This document shows, piece after piece, positions 49,118 to 57,790 of a stretch of 64,000 nucleotides of DNA. A model generated the notes under the pieces. The model worked only from the letters and a program-made list of their open reading frames with translations, was not told the origin of the DNA and searched no databases. Every line of letters starts with the position of its first letter. Positions within the stretch are counted from its first letter, which is position 1. Location: the NCBI GenBank assembly GCA_965204735.1, contig OZ242008.1, forward strand, positions 2,624,001 through 2,688,000. The letters are read 5' to 3'. Both the position numbers and the translations under genes were made by a program. The stretch comes from Longimicrobiales bacterium (GTDB lineage Bacteria > Gemmatimonadota > Gemmatimonadetes > Longimicrobiales > Gaopeijiaceae).

Positions 49118-50575
49118 ATGTCCCGGCTCTCTTCTCGCGACACCCCCGCCTGCCCCGCCCGCGCTCCCGCGACCGCCCCTTCGGCGCTGGTCGCGCTTGC
49201 GGCGGCGATCCTGCTCGTCGCCGCGACCGCGCTCGCCGGCCCGACGTCGGCCCAGGACGAGGACCGCATCTGGGGCCGCGTCGTGACCGTTTCCGGCGAC
49301 CGCTACGAAGGATTCCTCCAGTGGCGCGGGCGCGAGGCCAACGACGCCGCGAGCTGGGTCGACTTCTTCGAAGGAAGGGCGGCGGCGATCTCCCAGCACT
49401 ACGAGGACTGGCTGGCAGCGACGGAGACGAGCCGGCCCGTTCGGACGATCGAGGCGCGGGGCTGGCGGGTCTCGTGGAACGAGGAGCACCCGGACTTCCC
49501 TTTTCGGGCTCCCACGCCGATCCGCTTCGGGCGGCTGGCGTCCGTGACGGTCCTGGAAGACGGCGGCGTCGCCCTGGAGCTGCGCCCCGACGGCGGCGAC
49601 TCGGAAGTGCGCGCCAACGCCGACGAGCACGATCTGTCGGGCGCGCGCCGGGGGCGTTCGGGCGTTCGGGCGCCTCCTTCGCCGCGAGGAGAGACGCTGG
49701 GGGTCGCCAGGCCGCACCGGAACCGCTTGGCTCTCGTCGTGGAGGAGCCCGGGGGCGACCGCCGCCGCTTGGCGTGGGGCGAGATCGAGCGCGTGGAGTT
49801 CGCCGCTCCTCCGACGGGGGCGCGGCCCGAGGCGTCGCGCCTCCACGGCACCGTCGAGGACCGCTTCGGGCGCGCCTTCACTGGCTACGTGGCGTGGGAC
49901 TCGGACGAGGTGCTGGGGGACGAGGTGCTGGACGGGCGGGACCAGGACGGAAAGAACCGGGACATCGCCTTCGCGGAGATCGCGTCGATCGAGCGAAGCC
50001 TGGGCGGGGCGCGAGTGGTCCTGAAGTCGGGCGAAGCGCTGGAGATGCACGGGACCAACGACGTGGACGACGGGAACCGAGGGGTGCGGGTCTTCGATCC
50101 CTCGATCGGGATGGTCGAGGTCGAGTGGGACGAGTTCGGCGTTCTGCGCCTCCACCCTCCCGCCGACGGCCACGCGGAGTACGGTTCGTTTCCGGGGAGC
50201 CGGGCGCTGGTCGGCACGATCGCCACCCAGGACGGCGAGAAGATCGCGGGGCGGATCCGTTGGGACGGGGAGCACGAGTGGTCGTGGGAGGTGTTCGAGG
50301 GGCGGTCCGACGAGGTCAAGTTCGCCATCGAGTTCGGACGGATCGAGCGGATCGAGCGGATCGAGCGGGGCGAGCAGGGCCAAGAGGCAGGCGCCCGCGT
50401 GACCCTCGTGGACGGACGGAGCTTCCGGATGTCCGAATCGCCGGACCTGGAGGAAGGCCGAGGGATCTTCGTGTTCCCCGACAGCGACCCGAGCACGCCG
50501 TGGCGCTACGTCTCGTGGGAGGAGTTCCGGGAAGCGCGCTTCTGGGGCGCGGCCGAAGAGGGGAACGGCTCGTGA
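49118..50575 (+). CDS. Hypothetical exported protein with internal beta-rich repeats
   Basis: Signal peptide; three similar segments GRVVTVSGDRYEGFLQW / GTVEDRFGRAFTGYVAW / GTIATQDGEKIAGRIRW. Confidence 0.75.
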   Translation: MSRLSSRDTPACPARAPATAPSALVALAAAILLVAATALAGPTSAQDEDRIWGRVVTVSGDRYEGFLQWRGREANDAASWVDFFEGRAAAISQHYEDWLAATETSRPVRTIEARGWRVSWNEEHPDFPFRAPTPIRFGRLASVTVLEDGGVALELRPDGGDSEVRANADEHDLSGARRGRSGVRAPPSPRGETLGVARPHRNRLALVVEEPGGDRRRLAWGEIERVEFAAPPTGARPEASRLHGTVEDRFGRAFTGYVAWDSDEVLGDEVLDGRDQDGKNRDIAFAEIASIERSLGGARVVLKSGEALEMHGTNDVDDGNRGVRVFDPSIGMVEVEWDEFGVLRLHPPADGHAEYGSFPGSRALVGTIATQDGEKIAGRIRWDGEHEWSWEVFEGRSDEVKFAIEFGRIERIERIERGEQGQEAGARVTLVDGRSFRMSESPDLEEGRGIFVFPDSDPSTPWRYVSWEEFREARFWGAAEEGNGS

Positions 50576-53046
50576 GGGCGCCGGGGGCGGCGTTGCGGCT
50601 GGCCTTGGCGGCGGGGGCGGCGCTCACCCCGTCGGTCGCGCACGTCGGCGCAGACGCCCAGCTCCCCCGGGGCCGGTACGCCGCCGACACCTTCCTGGAC
50701 CCCGTGGCCCGGGACCTCTACGTGGCGGCGGTGGACCGCTGGAGCACGCTGGACGAGTCGGTCCTGCGCTACACGGCCCGGATCGAGCAGCGGGTGGCGG
50801 CGGCGATCCGCACCCCGCTGAAGGATCGGGTCGTCTACCGCAACGAGACCGCCGTGCGGGCGTTCTGGGACCGGGACCACGATCCCGTCGTCCAGGTGCT
50901 GGGCACGAGCTCGAGCTATCCGGGCCGCGACATCGCCGTCCGCGAGGGCGACCTGGACTGGCTGGACGACCTTCCCTTCGACGAGCCCTTTCAGCCGGGC
51001 GGCGACCGACTGCTCTTCGGGCTGGCCGACCCCGACGAGGAGTACATGCGCGTCGACGTGGACGACCGGGGCAGCTACGAATCCGGCGACGCCTTCTGGT
51101 TCGCCCACCCCCTGGCCGACGACGCGGACGCCTTCTACCGCTTCCGGAGCGGCGACACGCTGACGGTCCGCTTCCCGGACGGCCGGCGGCTGGAAGCCGT
51201 GGAGCTGATAGTCCTGCCGCGGGAGGCCGACTCCCACCGGATCACGGGCGCCCTCTGGATCGAGCCCGGTTCCGGCGCGCTGGTGCGGGCGGTCTACCGG
51301 CTCAGTCGCGAGTTCGACGCGATGCGGGACGTGCCCGAGCTCCAGACCGAGGAAGCGCGCGACGCCGTCCGATGGGTGCCGGGGCTCTTCAAGCCGTGGA
51401 CCTTCGACCTGAAGATGATCGCGGTGGACTACGGCCTGTGGGACTTCAAGGTGTGGCTGCCCCGGAGCATGAGGGTCGAGGGCGAGGCCGCCGCGGGGAT
51501 CATCAAGGTGCCCGTGTCGATGGACGTGTCGTACCAGATCGAGGCGGTCGCGACGGAGGACGAGCGGGCCAGCGAGGACCAGGCAGCCGGCGAGGACCAG
51601 GCGGCCCGCGAGGACCAGGCGGCCCGCGAGGACCAGGCGGCCCGCGAGGACCAGGTGGCCCGCGAGGACCAGGCGGCCCGCGAGTCAGCTGCCGACCCGA
51701 CGACCGCGGGCGCGTCGGCGCCGGGAGCTGGACACGGCGCCCCGCAGGAAGTCCACTTCGAGACGCGGGCCGAAGCGATGGCGTTCCTCGCGAGCCTCCT
51801 CTCCGAAGGCGACGTGCCCTACGAGCTCATGGACGAGTCGGAGGGACCCGCGCAGACCCGGGAGGCTCTCCTCATCGTGCCCGAGGAGCGCAGCCGCGTG
51901 GCCGACTCTCCTCACTTGCCGCCGCCGATCTGGGAAGAAGCGGCGGGGTTCCCGTCGGACAGCGAGCTGGAGGCGTACGTCAAGAGCTTGGCCAGGCTGC
52001 CCGCCCCTCCCCTCCTGACCGACCGCGTCCGCTACGAGCTGGGGCCGTTCCGCTACAACCGGGTCGAGGGGCCGGCTGGAGGAGGCAGCATCGAGGCCGG
52101 CCTGGGCCGCCGATACGCGCTTCGGGCCACGGGCGTCCTGGGACTGGCCAACCTTCGTCCCGACGTGCGGATCGAGCTGGAGCGCTCCACCGTGCTCCGC
52201 CGCCTCTCGCTGGAACTCTTCCACGAGCTGCGGGCGACGGACGGGCAGGGGTCGTACTTCGGCCCCGGCGCCTCGGCCAGCGCGTTCTTCCTGGGCAACG
52301 ACTGGGGCGACTACTACCGGGCCACCGGGGCGAGCTTCGCGTGGCGGCCTCCCGCCGTGGCCCGGGAGTCGTACGAGCTGCGGCTCTTCGGCGAGCGCCA
52401 GACCGCCGTGCGGAGCCACACCAACTTCGCGCTCTTCAAGGCGTTCAGCGACGGCTGGTCCTTCCGGCCCAACCCGGCGGCCGACGAGGTCGCGGAGGCC
52501 GGCGTCGAGGTGCGGGCGGCGCCGTGGTGGGGGGCCGATCCGACCGCCGCCCAGTTCGGCGTGGACTTGGGTGCGCGGGCGGCGGTGTGGCGGCCCCTGG
52601 GCGACGGAGAGGAAGGGTCCCGGTACTTGGAGGCCGGCGCCGTTGCGAGGGCCGCCGTTCCGCTTTCGGGCGGGGAGTGGAGCGCGTGGCGGCTGGGGGT
52701 CGAGGCCGCCGCGGGCAACGTGTGGGGGAGGGCTCCGGTGCAGCGCGCGTGGTACCTGGGCGGACCCGCCACGCTCCGGGGGTTCCAGCCGGCGGCCGCC
52801 TCGGGAGCGACCTTCGGGCGGGGGCGGCTGGAAGTTGCGCGCACCTACCACGCCGTCGGGGCCAGCCTCTTCGGCGACGCCGGGTGGGCGGGCGACGCGG
52901 GAGAGTTCGAGGCGAGCCAGGCGCTCTACGGCGTGGGGCTGGGAGTCACGGTCCTCGACGGGCTCCTCCGCTTCGACTTGGCGCGAGGGCTGAACGGCCC
53001 GGACCCGGGCTTCTCGTTCCACGTCCACGTGGACGCGATCCTGTAG
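50572..53046 (+). CDS. Hypothetical outer-membrane protein with Omp85/BamA-like C-terminal barrel
   Basis: [30 protein letters not shown]...[12 protein letters not shown] overlaps upstream stop. Confidence 0.75.
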   Translation: MRAPGAALRLALAAGAALTPSVAHVGADAQLPRGRYAADTFLDPVARDLYVAAVDRWSTLDESVLRYTARIEQRVAAAIRTPLKDRVVYRNETAVRAFWDRDHDPVVQVLGTSSSYPGRDIAVREGDLDWLDDLPFDEPFQPGGDRLLFGLADPDEEYMRVDVDDRGSYESGDAFWFAHPLADDADAFYRFRSGDTLTVRFPDGRRLEAVELIVLPREADSHRITGALWIEPGSGALVRAVYRLSREFDAMRDVPELQTEEARDAVRWVPGLFKPWTFDLKMIAVDYGLWDFKVWLPRSMRVEGEAAAGIIKVPVSMDVSYQIEAVATEDERASEDQAAGEDQAAREDQAAREDQAAREDQVAREDQAARESAADPTTAGASAPGAGHGAPQEVHFETRAEAMAFLASLLSEGDVPYELMDESEGPAQTREALLIVPEERSRVADSPHLPPPIWEEAAGFPSDSELEAYVKSLARLPAPPLLTDRVRYELGPFRYNRVEGPAGGGSIEAGLGRRYALRATGVLGLANLRPDVRIELERSTVLRRLSLELFHELRATDGQGSYFGPGASASAFFLGNDWGDYYRATGASFAWRPPAVARESYELRLFGERQTAVRSHTNFALFKAFSDGWSFRPNPAADEVAEAGVEVRAAPWWGADPTAAQFGVDLGARAAVWRPLGDGEEGSRYLEAGAVARAAVPLSGGEWSAWRLGVEAAAGNVWGRAPVQRAWYLGGPATLRGFQPAAASGATFGRGRLEVARTYHAVGASLFGDAGWAGDAGEFEASQALYGVGLGVTVLDGLLRFDLARGLNGPDPGFSFHVHVDAIL
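51574..51681 (+). repeat. 18-bp coding tandem repeat x6 (EDQAAR)
   Basis: GAGGACCAGGCGGCCCGC units, four exact and two variant. Confidence 0.95.
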
Positions 53047-53053
53047 CCGCGGG

Positions 53054-53137
53054 TCCGGCTGCTCGCGAGACCAACCCGGCTACCCGCGAGACCAGTCCGG
53101 CTACTCGCGAGACCAGTCCGGCTTACCGCGAGACCAG
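53054..53137. repeat. 21-bp tandem repeat x4 overlapping the stop of the DUF5916 gene
   Basis: TCCGGCTGCTCGCGAGACCAA / CCCGGCTACCCGCGAGACCAG / TCCGGCTACTCGCGAGACCAG / TCCGGCTTACCGCGAGACCAG. Confidence 0.92.
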
Positions 53138-55345
53138 GAAGGTCGCCTTTGCGATGAGCTGGCGGCGGCGGTACTCGCCCGGCGCTCCCGACTCTCGCTG
53201 AAGCTGGTCGTACGCCAGGTACACGTCGCTCCCGGCCCGGTAGGTCCAGCGGAAGCGGGCGCTGGCACCGAACTGGTCGGTCAACGAGTTGTACTGGGCC
53301 ACCGACCTGAAGCTCACGGCGGGCGAGATCGCGAAGTCGATCCGCAGCGACGCCAAGTCCACGTCGAAGTCGCCGGCGGGGAGCGAGACCCAGTTGCGGG
53401 ACCAGCGGGCCTCGGCGGCGAGCTGGCTGGTGAGCCGTCCGCCCACGCTGGCGCTGGCGTCGGTGCGCGTCCCGCCGAAGAACGTCTGCGGCGAGTAGAC
53501 CATCCCGTAGTACACGCGGCGCGCCGGGTTGCTGTCGAAGGAGAAGCGCCACTCGCCAAAGTGGTAGTCCCCTGCCCCGATCTCGACGCCGCCCAGGGCG
53601 AAGGGAACGTCGAGCCGCTCGAAGTGGTCGTTGTACCAGACGTTGAAGTAGGCACCGTTGTCGAAGCGCGTGCCCACCATGTAGTGCCAGCGGCGGGAGA
53701 GGAGGCGGCCGCTCCGGTCCGTCGTGTGCGTGAAGTTGACCATCGGCGACAGCACGCGGAGGCCCCAGCGGCCGGGCCGGGGGTTGCGCTCCAGGTGGAG
53801 CTTGGTGGTGCGGATGCCGCGTCGGGGCAGGAATCCGGTCTCGGGGTTGAAGTCGTCGCCGAAGCCGGCGTACTCGCCGTAGACCCGCCAGCGGTCGTCC
53901 AGCCAGGTCGCGTTGAGGTAGCTGCCGGCGTCGTCGCCCTCCAGCCCCGGCGTCTCGGTCTTCGCCATGAACCCCACCACCGTGAACGCCGGGTGCGGCG
54001 CCAGCGTCATGTCCACCGCGTAGGTGCGGTTGAAGCGGGCGCCGTCGGTCTCGGCGCGGTTGACGAACAGCCCGCCGATCCGGGAGCGCGAGAGGAAGTT
54101 CCGGCCGTAGCGCGCCGCCAGGAAGTTCTCGCCGGAGCGGCCGTGGGCGCGGCCGGTCTGCACGTCCATGATCGCGATGTCGTGCCGTCCCGCCTTCCCC
54201 GTCAGTCGAGCGCCGCCCAGGATCGGGACGCTCTCGCCGGCGTCGGTGATGCCGATCCGGCGGCTGAAGAACAGGTCGACCAGGCGGTTGAAGGGAGTGA
54301 CGGAGCCCACGTTGAACTGGCCCGAGTTCTCCAGGAAGAAATCCCGCTTCTCGGGGTAGAAGAGTGGGAAGCGGGTCAGGTTGACCTGTTCGTCGTCCAC
54401 TTCCGCCTGGGCGAAGTCGGTGTTGACGGTCACGTCCAAGTTGAGGCCCGGCGTGATTCCGTACTTGAGATCGAGTCCCACGTCAGGCTCGAACGAGCTG
54501 CGGGTCGCGCCCCCTTCCAGCAAGCGGCTGCCCCCGCCGGTCGCGAACGGAGTGATCCGCAGGTCCAGTCCTCGGTTCAGGCCGGTCATCCCGTCCAGGC
54601 TGCCGGCCAAGCTGACGCGGGAGATTCCGTAGGCCTTCGGCACCGGCGCCCAGAAGGACTGCTCGTTCTTGCGCCCGACGTTGCGCATGACGTTGAAGCC
54701 CCAGCTCTGGGTGTCGGCGTCGGGAAAGCGAAGGGTGACCAAGGGAATGGCGATCTCGGCCACCCAGCCGTCGGCGCCGACCCGAGCCGCCACGTGCCAC
54801 ACTCCGTCCCAGTCCCGGTTGATGTTGGACGTGGCCATTCCGATGCGCGCGCCCTCGCCTTCGTTGAAGACCTGCTGGTCCAGCTTCGCGCCCAGCGGGT
54901 TGGTCGCGAACATGTACGCCGAGCGCGCGTCCTTGAAGGTGTCCAGCACGATCTGGACGTTGTCCTCCTCCAGGATGCGCTCCGAGTCCCGCCGCATCTC
55001 GGTGGCGGTGAGGGCGTCGCCGGACCCGTCGTAGGCGGTCACGCCCAAGTAGAGGGTCTCGGCGTCGTAGAGGACCCGCACCTCGGTGCCCTCGCTGGCG
55101 GGCGCTCCCTCGTCGGGCTCCTGCTGCACGAACGCCGCCGCCAGCCCGGCGGCGCGCCATGCGGCCTCGTCCAGCACGCCGTCCAGGCTCGGCGGCTCGG
55201 CGGCGGGCGACGCGTCCACCTTGTGCAGGCTCCAGTTCGACTGGGCGCGGGCGGCGGTCGGCCCCGCCAGGAGAGCGGCGGCCAACGCCACGGCGACCGG
55301 CACGGCCGGCGCCGCCACCGCCGACCCGCTTCGTGGATTGGGCAC
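53123..55345 (-). CDS. CBM9-like plus DUF5916 domain outer-membrane protein
   Basis: LDGVLDEAAW, WVAEIAIP, NTDFAQAEVD, FPLFYPEKRDFFLE, FFSRRIG. Confidence 0.88.
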   Translation of the reverse strand: MPNPRSGSAVAAPAVPVAVALAAALLAGPTAARAQSNWSLHKVDASPAAEPPSLDGVLDEAAWRAAGLAAAFVQQEPDEGAPASEGTEVRVLYDAETLYLGVTAYDGSGDALTATEMRRDSERILEEDNVQIVLDTFKDARSAYMFATNPLGAKLDQQVFNEGEGARIGMATSNINRDWDGVWHVAARVGADGWVAEIAIPLVTLRFPDADTQSWGFNVMRNVGRKNEQSFWAPVPKAYGISRVSLAGSLDGMTGLNRGLDLRITPFATGGGSRLLEGGATRSSFEPDVGLDLKYGITPGLNLDVTVNTDFAQAEVDDEQVNLTRFPLFYPEKRDFFLENSGQFNVGSVTPFNRLVDLFFSRRIGITDAGESVPILGGARLTGKAGRHDIAIMDVQTGRAHGRSGENFLAARYGRNFLSRSRIGGLFVNRAETDGARFNRTYAVDMTLAPHPAFTVVGFMAKTETPGLEGDDAGSYLNATWLDDRWRVYGEYAGFGDDFNPETGFLPRRGIRTTKLHLERNPRPGRWGLRVLSPMVNFTHTTDRSGRLLSRRWHYMVGTRFDNGAYFNVWYNDHFERLDVPFALGGVEIGAGDYHFGEWRFSFDSNPARRVYYGMVYSPQTFFGGTRTDASASVGGRLTSQLAAEARWSRNWVSLPAGDFDVDLASLRIDFAISPAVSFRSVAQYNSLTDQFGASARFRWTYRAGSDVYLAYDQLQRESGAPGEYRRRQLIAKATFLVSR

Positions 55346-55514
55346 GTTCGCGAACTCTTGCTGGTTGTCCAGGGCGCGTGGCGTGGTCGTGCCGACGCCG
55401 CTGGGCGCGCGCCCGGGAGACGTCGGGGCGCCGCTTGACGGCCGGCGGCTCGGGAAGCTAGAAAGCTAGCGCGCCATCGAAACGCGGAAGCACCTTCGGA
55501 GAGGAGAGAGAGCC

Positions 55515-56669
55515 ATGCGGATCGCCCTGCGACTTGCGGTCGCGTCGACCACCCTCGCAGCCGTCGGGGCCGGGGCGGAGCGCGCCCGCGGGCAACCGGC
55601 GGTCGCCGAGCCCTTCAAGGTGGGCACCTTCGAGATCGACGGCGCGCCGCGGGTCGGGCTCGTGCTCCGCGACGCGCTCGTGGTGGAGATCGGCGAGGCG
55701 AATCGGGCGCTGGAGCGCAGCCCGGCGTATCCGGCGTTCCCCGCGCCCGCCGACATGCTCGACCTGATCGGCCGCTACGAGTACGGCGTCCAGCGGCGTC
55801 TCTACGAGATCGTGAACCACTTGGCAGCCAACGAGATGCTGGCCGAGGGGGCGCGGCCCGGGTTCGTCCACGCGGTGGAGGACGTGCGGACGCTGCCGCC
55901 GATCATGTACCCGGGCAAGATCCTCAACGCGGCGGTCAACTTCTACAGCCACGTGGAGGAGACCGGCACGCCCGAGGAGCGGACCGAGGCGCGCCGCCAG
56001 CGTCGGGAGAACCGGGGCGTGCCCTACCTCTTCCTGAAGCCCAGCCGGGGCGCGGTGATCGGCAATGGGGACTCGGTGGTGATCCCCTGGGGGCGCGACC
56101 GCACCGACTGGGAAGTGGAGCTGGGCGCGGTGATCGGGCGGGCCGCCAAGTACGTCTCGGCCGACGACGCCGAGGCCCACGTCTTCGGCTACACCGTGAC
56201 GCTCGACATCTCGGACCGGGGCGGGCGTCCCCCCGGCGGCAACCCCCTGCGCTCCGACTGGTTCGTCGGCAAGGGCCACGACACCTTCGCGCCCATGGGA
56301 CCTTGGATCGTGCCCAAGGAGTTCTACGGCGACCCCATGGAGAACCTGCGCCAGACCCTGAGCGTGGGCGGCGAGCAGATGCAGGAGGCCCGCGCCGGCG
56401 ACATGATCCACACCCTGTGGGAGCTGATCGAGTACGGCTCGTCGATCATCACGCTCTTCCCCGGCGACGTGATCAACAACGGGACTTCCGGCGGCGTCGG
56501 CATGGGCACGGCGGTGCGGGGCGAGCAGCGGTTCCTCCAGCCCGGCGACGTGATCGAGGCGACGATCGACGGGATCGGCACGTTGCGGATGCCGGTGGCG
56601 GCGGAAGAGGAGCCGTCGGGCGGCACAGGGGCGCGCCTGCCCCCGGTCCGCTCGTACCGGAGGAACTGA
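55515..56669 (+). CDS. Fumarylacetoacetate hydrolase family protein with signal peptide
   Basis: YLFLKP, DWEVELG, DISDRG, GKGHDTFAPMGP, PGDVINNGT; GAGGAG RBS. Confidence 0.92.
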   Translation: MRIALRLAVASTTLAAVGAGAERARGQPAVAEPFKVGTFEIDGAPRVGLVLRDALVVEIGEANRALERSPAYPAFPAPADMLDLIGRYEYGVQRRLYEIVNHLAANEMLAEGARPGFVHAVEDVRTLPPIMYPGKILNAAVNFYSHVEETGTPEERTEARRQRRENRGVPYLFLKPSRGAVIGNGDSVVIPWGRDRTDWEVELGAVIGRAAKYVSADDAEAHVFGYTVTLDISDRGGRPPGGNPLRSDWFVGKGHDTFAPMGPWIVPKEFYGDPMENLRQTLSVGGEQMQEARAGDMIHTLWELIEYGSSIITLFPGDVINNGTSGGVGMGTAVRGEQRFLQPGDVIEATIDGIGTLRMPVAAEEEPSGGTGARLPPVRSYRRN

Positions 56670-56740
56670 TTGCGCGTCCGTGGAGGCGCTTCGGGACCGC
56701 AGACGCCGGGCCGGCGGCGAAGGCGGCGCGCCGCTCCGAG

Positions 56741-56824
56741 TGCCGGGGGCGGGATTCGAACCCGCATGGGGATTGCCCCGGGGGATTTTAAGTCCCCTGT
56801 GTATACCGATTTCACCACCCCGGC
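56741..56824 (-). tRNA. tRNA-Leu (anticodon UAA)
   Basis: GCCGGGG acceptor stem; anticodon arm GGGGA-CTTAAAA-TCCCC; long variable arm; GGTTCGAATCC T-loop; CCA not encoded. Confidence 0.96.
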
Positions 56825-56872
56825 GGGGCGGGCAGCGGCCGGCGGCCCGGCCGTTGCCGCGAACCTCGCCAC

Positions 56873-56878
56873 ATTATA
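56873..56878 (-). promoter_or_regulatory. Probable -10 box of the tRNA-Leu promoter
   Basis: Perfect TATAAT on the minus strand about 50 nt upstream of the tRNA, in very GC-rich context. Confidence 0.6.
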
Positions 56879-56894
56879 GCCGGACAGCGGGCGG

Positions 56895-57230
56895 ATGGCC
56901 CAAGTCGACGACGCCGTGATCGGCCAGATGGTCGAGGCCATCGTGAACGAGGTGGACCCGGAGAAGGTCGTCCTCTTCGGTTCTCGGGGCCGTCGGGCCG
57001 CCACCGAGCGCTCGGACGTGGACCTGCTCGTCATCGAAGCCGAGCCGTTCGGCCCGGAGCGCAGCCGGCACAGCGAGCTCGTCAGGCTCTACGGCGCCCT
57101 CTCCGCCTTCGTCGTCCCGGCGGACGTTCTGGTCTACTCCCTCGCCGACGTGGAGTACTGGCGCGACTCCCTGAACCACGTCCTGGCGCGCGCGCTCCGG
57201 GAAGGCAGGGTCGTGTATGAGCGACCCTAA
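56895..57230 (+). CDS. Minimal nucleotidyltransferase (MNT)
   Basis: LFGSRGR...SDVDLLVI motif. Confidence 0.92.
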   Translation: MAQVDDAVIGQMVEAIVNEVDPEKVVLFGSRGRRAATERSDVDLLVIEAEPFGPERSRHSELVRLYGALSAFVVPADVLVYSLADVEYWRDSLNHVLARALREGRVVYERP

Positions 57231-57603
57231 GTGCGCCGGAATGCTGCTCCGCGCCGCCGAACGCGACGTTCTCACGCTCAGGAGCATGACGGCCGGGGCG
57301 CCGGACGAGTCGTTCGGGTTCCATGTCCAGCAGGCGGCGGAGAAGGCCTTCAAGGCGTGGCTCGCCGCGCTGGGCGAGACCTATCCCCTGACCCACAGCC
57401 TCCACACGCTGCTCCGGCTCCTCGAAGCCAAGGGCGCCCCGACGGCCGCGTTCAAGGACCTTGCGGACTTTACCCCGTATGCCGTCGAGTTTCGATACGA
57501 GGGAGTCGGCGCCTACGCGGCTCCCATCGATCGGGAAGCAACCCTGGCCCGGCTCGTGATCCTGCTGGACGCCGTGCGGCAGCAGGTCGACCGGAAGTGG
57601 TAG
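57217..57603 (+). CDS. HEPN-domain protein (partner of MNT)
   Basis: FHVQQAAEKAFKA, THSLHTL, YAVEFRY; overlaps MNT stop. Confidence 0.9.
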   Translation: MSDPKCAGMLLRAAERDVLTLRSMTAGAPDESFGFHVQQAAEKAFKAWLAALGETYPLTHSLHTLLRLLEAKGAPTAAFKDLADFTPYAVEFRYEGVGAYAAPIDREATLARLVILLDAVRQQVDRKW

Positions 57604-57622
57604 ATGGCTGGGGCATGTCGGG

Positions 57623-57720
57623 AACCGGTGGCAAAGTGGTAGCAAAATGGTGGCAAAATGGAGGCATTATGGTAGTGGAATGGTGGCAAAACGGTAGCAA
57701 AACGGTGGCATTCTGCCACC
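57623..57720 (+). repeat. Non-coding array of 8 degenerate 11-bp units, copy 2, ending in a small inverted repeat
   Basis: AACCGGTGGCA AAGTGGTAGCA AAATGGTGGCA AAATGGAGGCA TTATGGTAGTG GAATGGTGGCA AAACGGTAGCA AAACGGTGGCA, then GGTGGCA-TTC-TGCCACC. Confidence 0.95.
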
Positions 57721-57790
57721 ACGCCGGCTCCTGCGAAGACGCTGAAGCTGTCGGAAGGGGACCGGGCGCTGCCGCCGAGGCGGTGTATCC

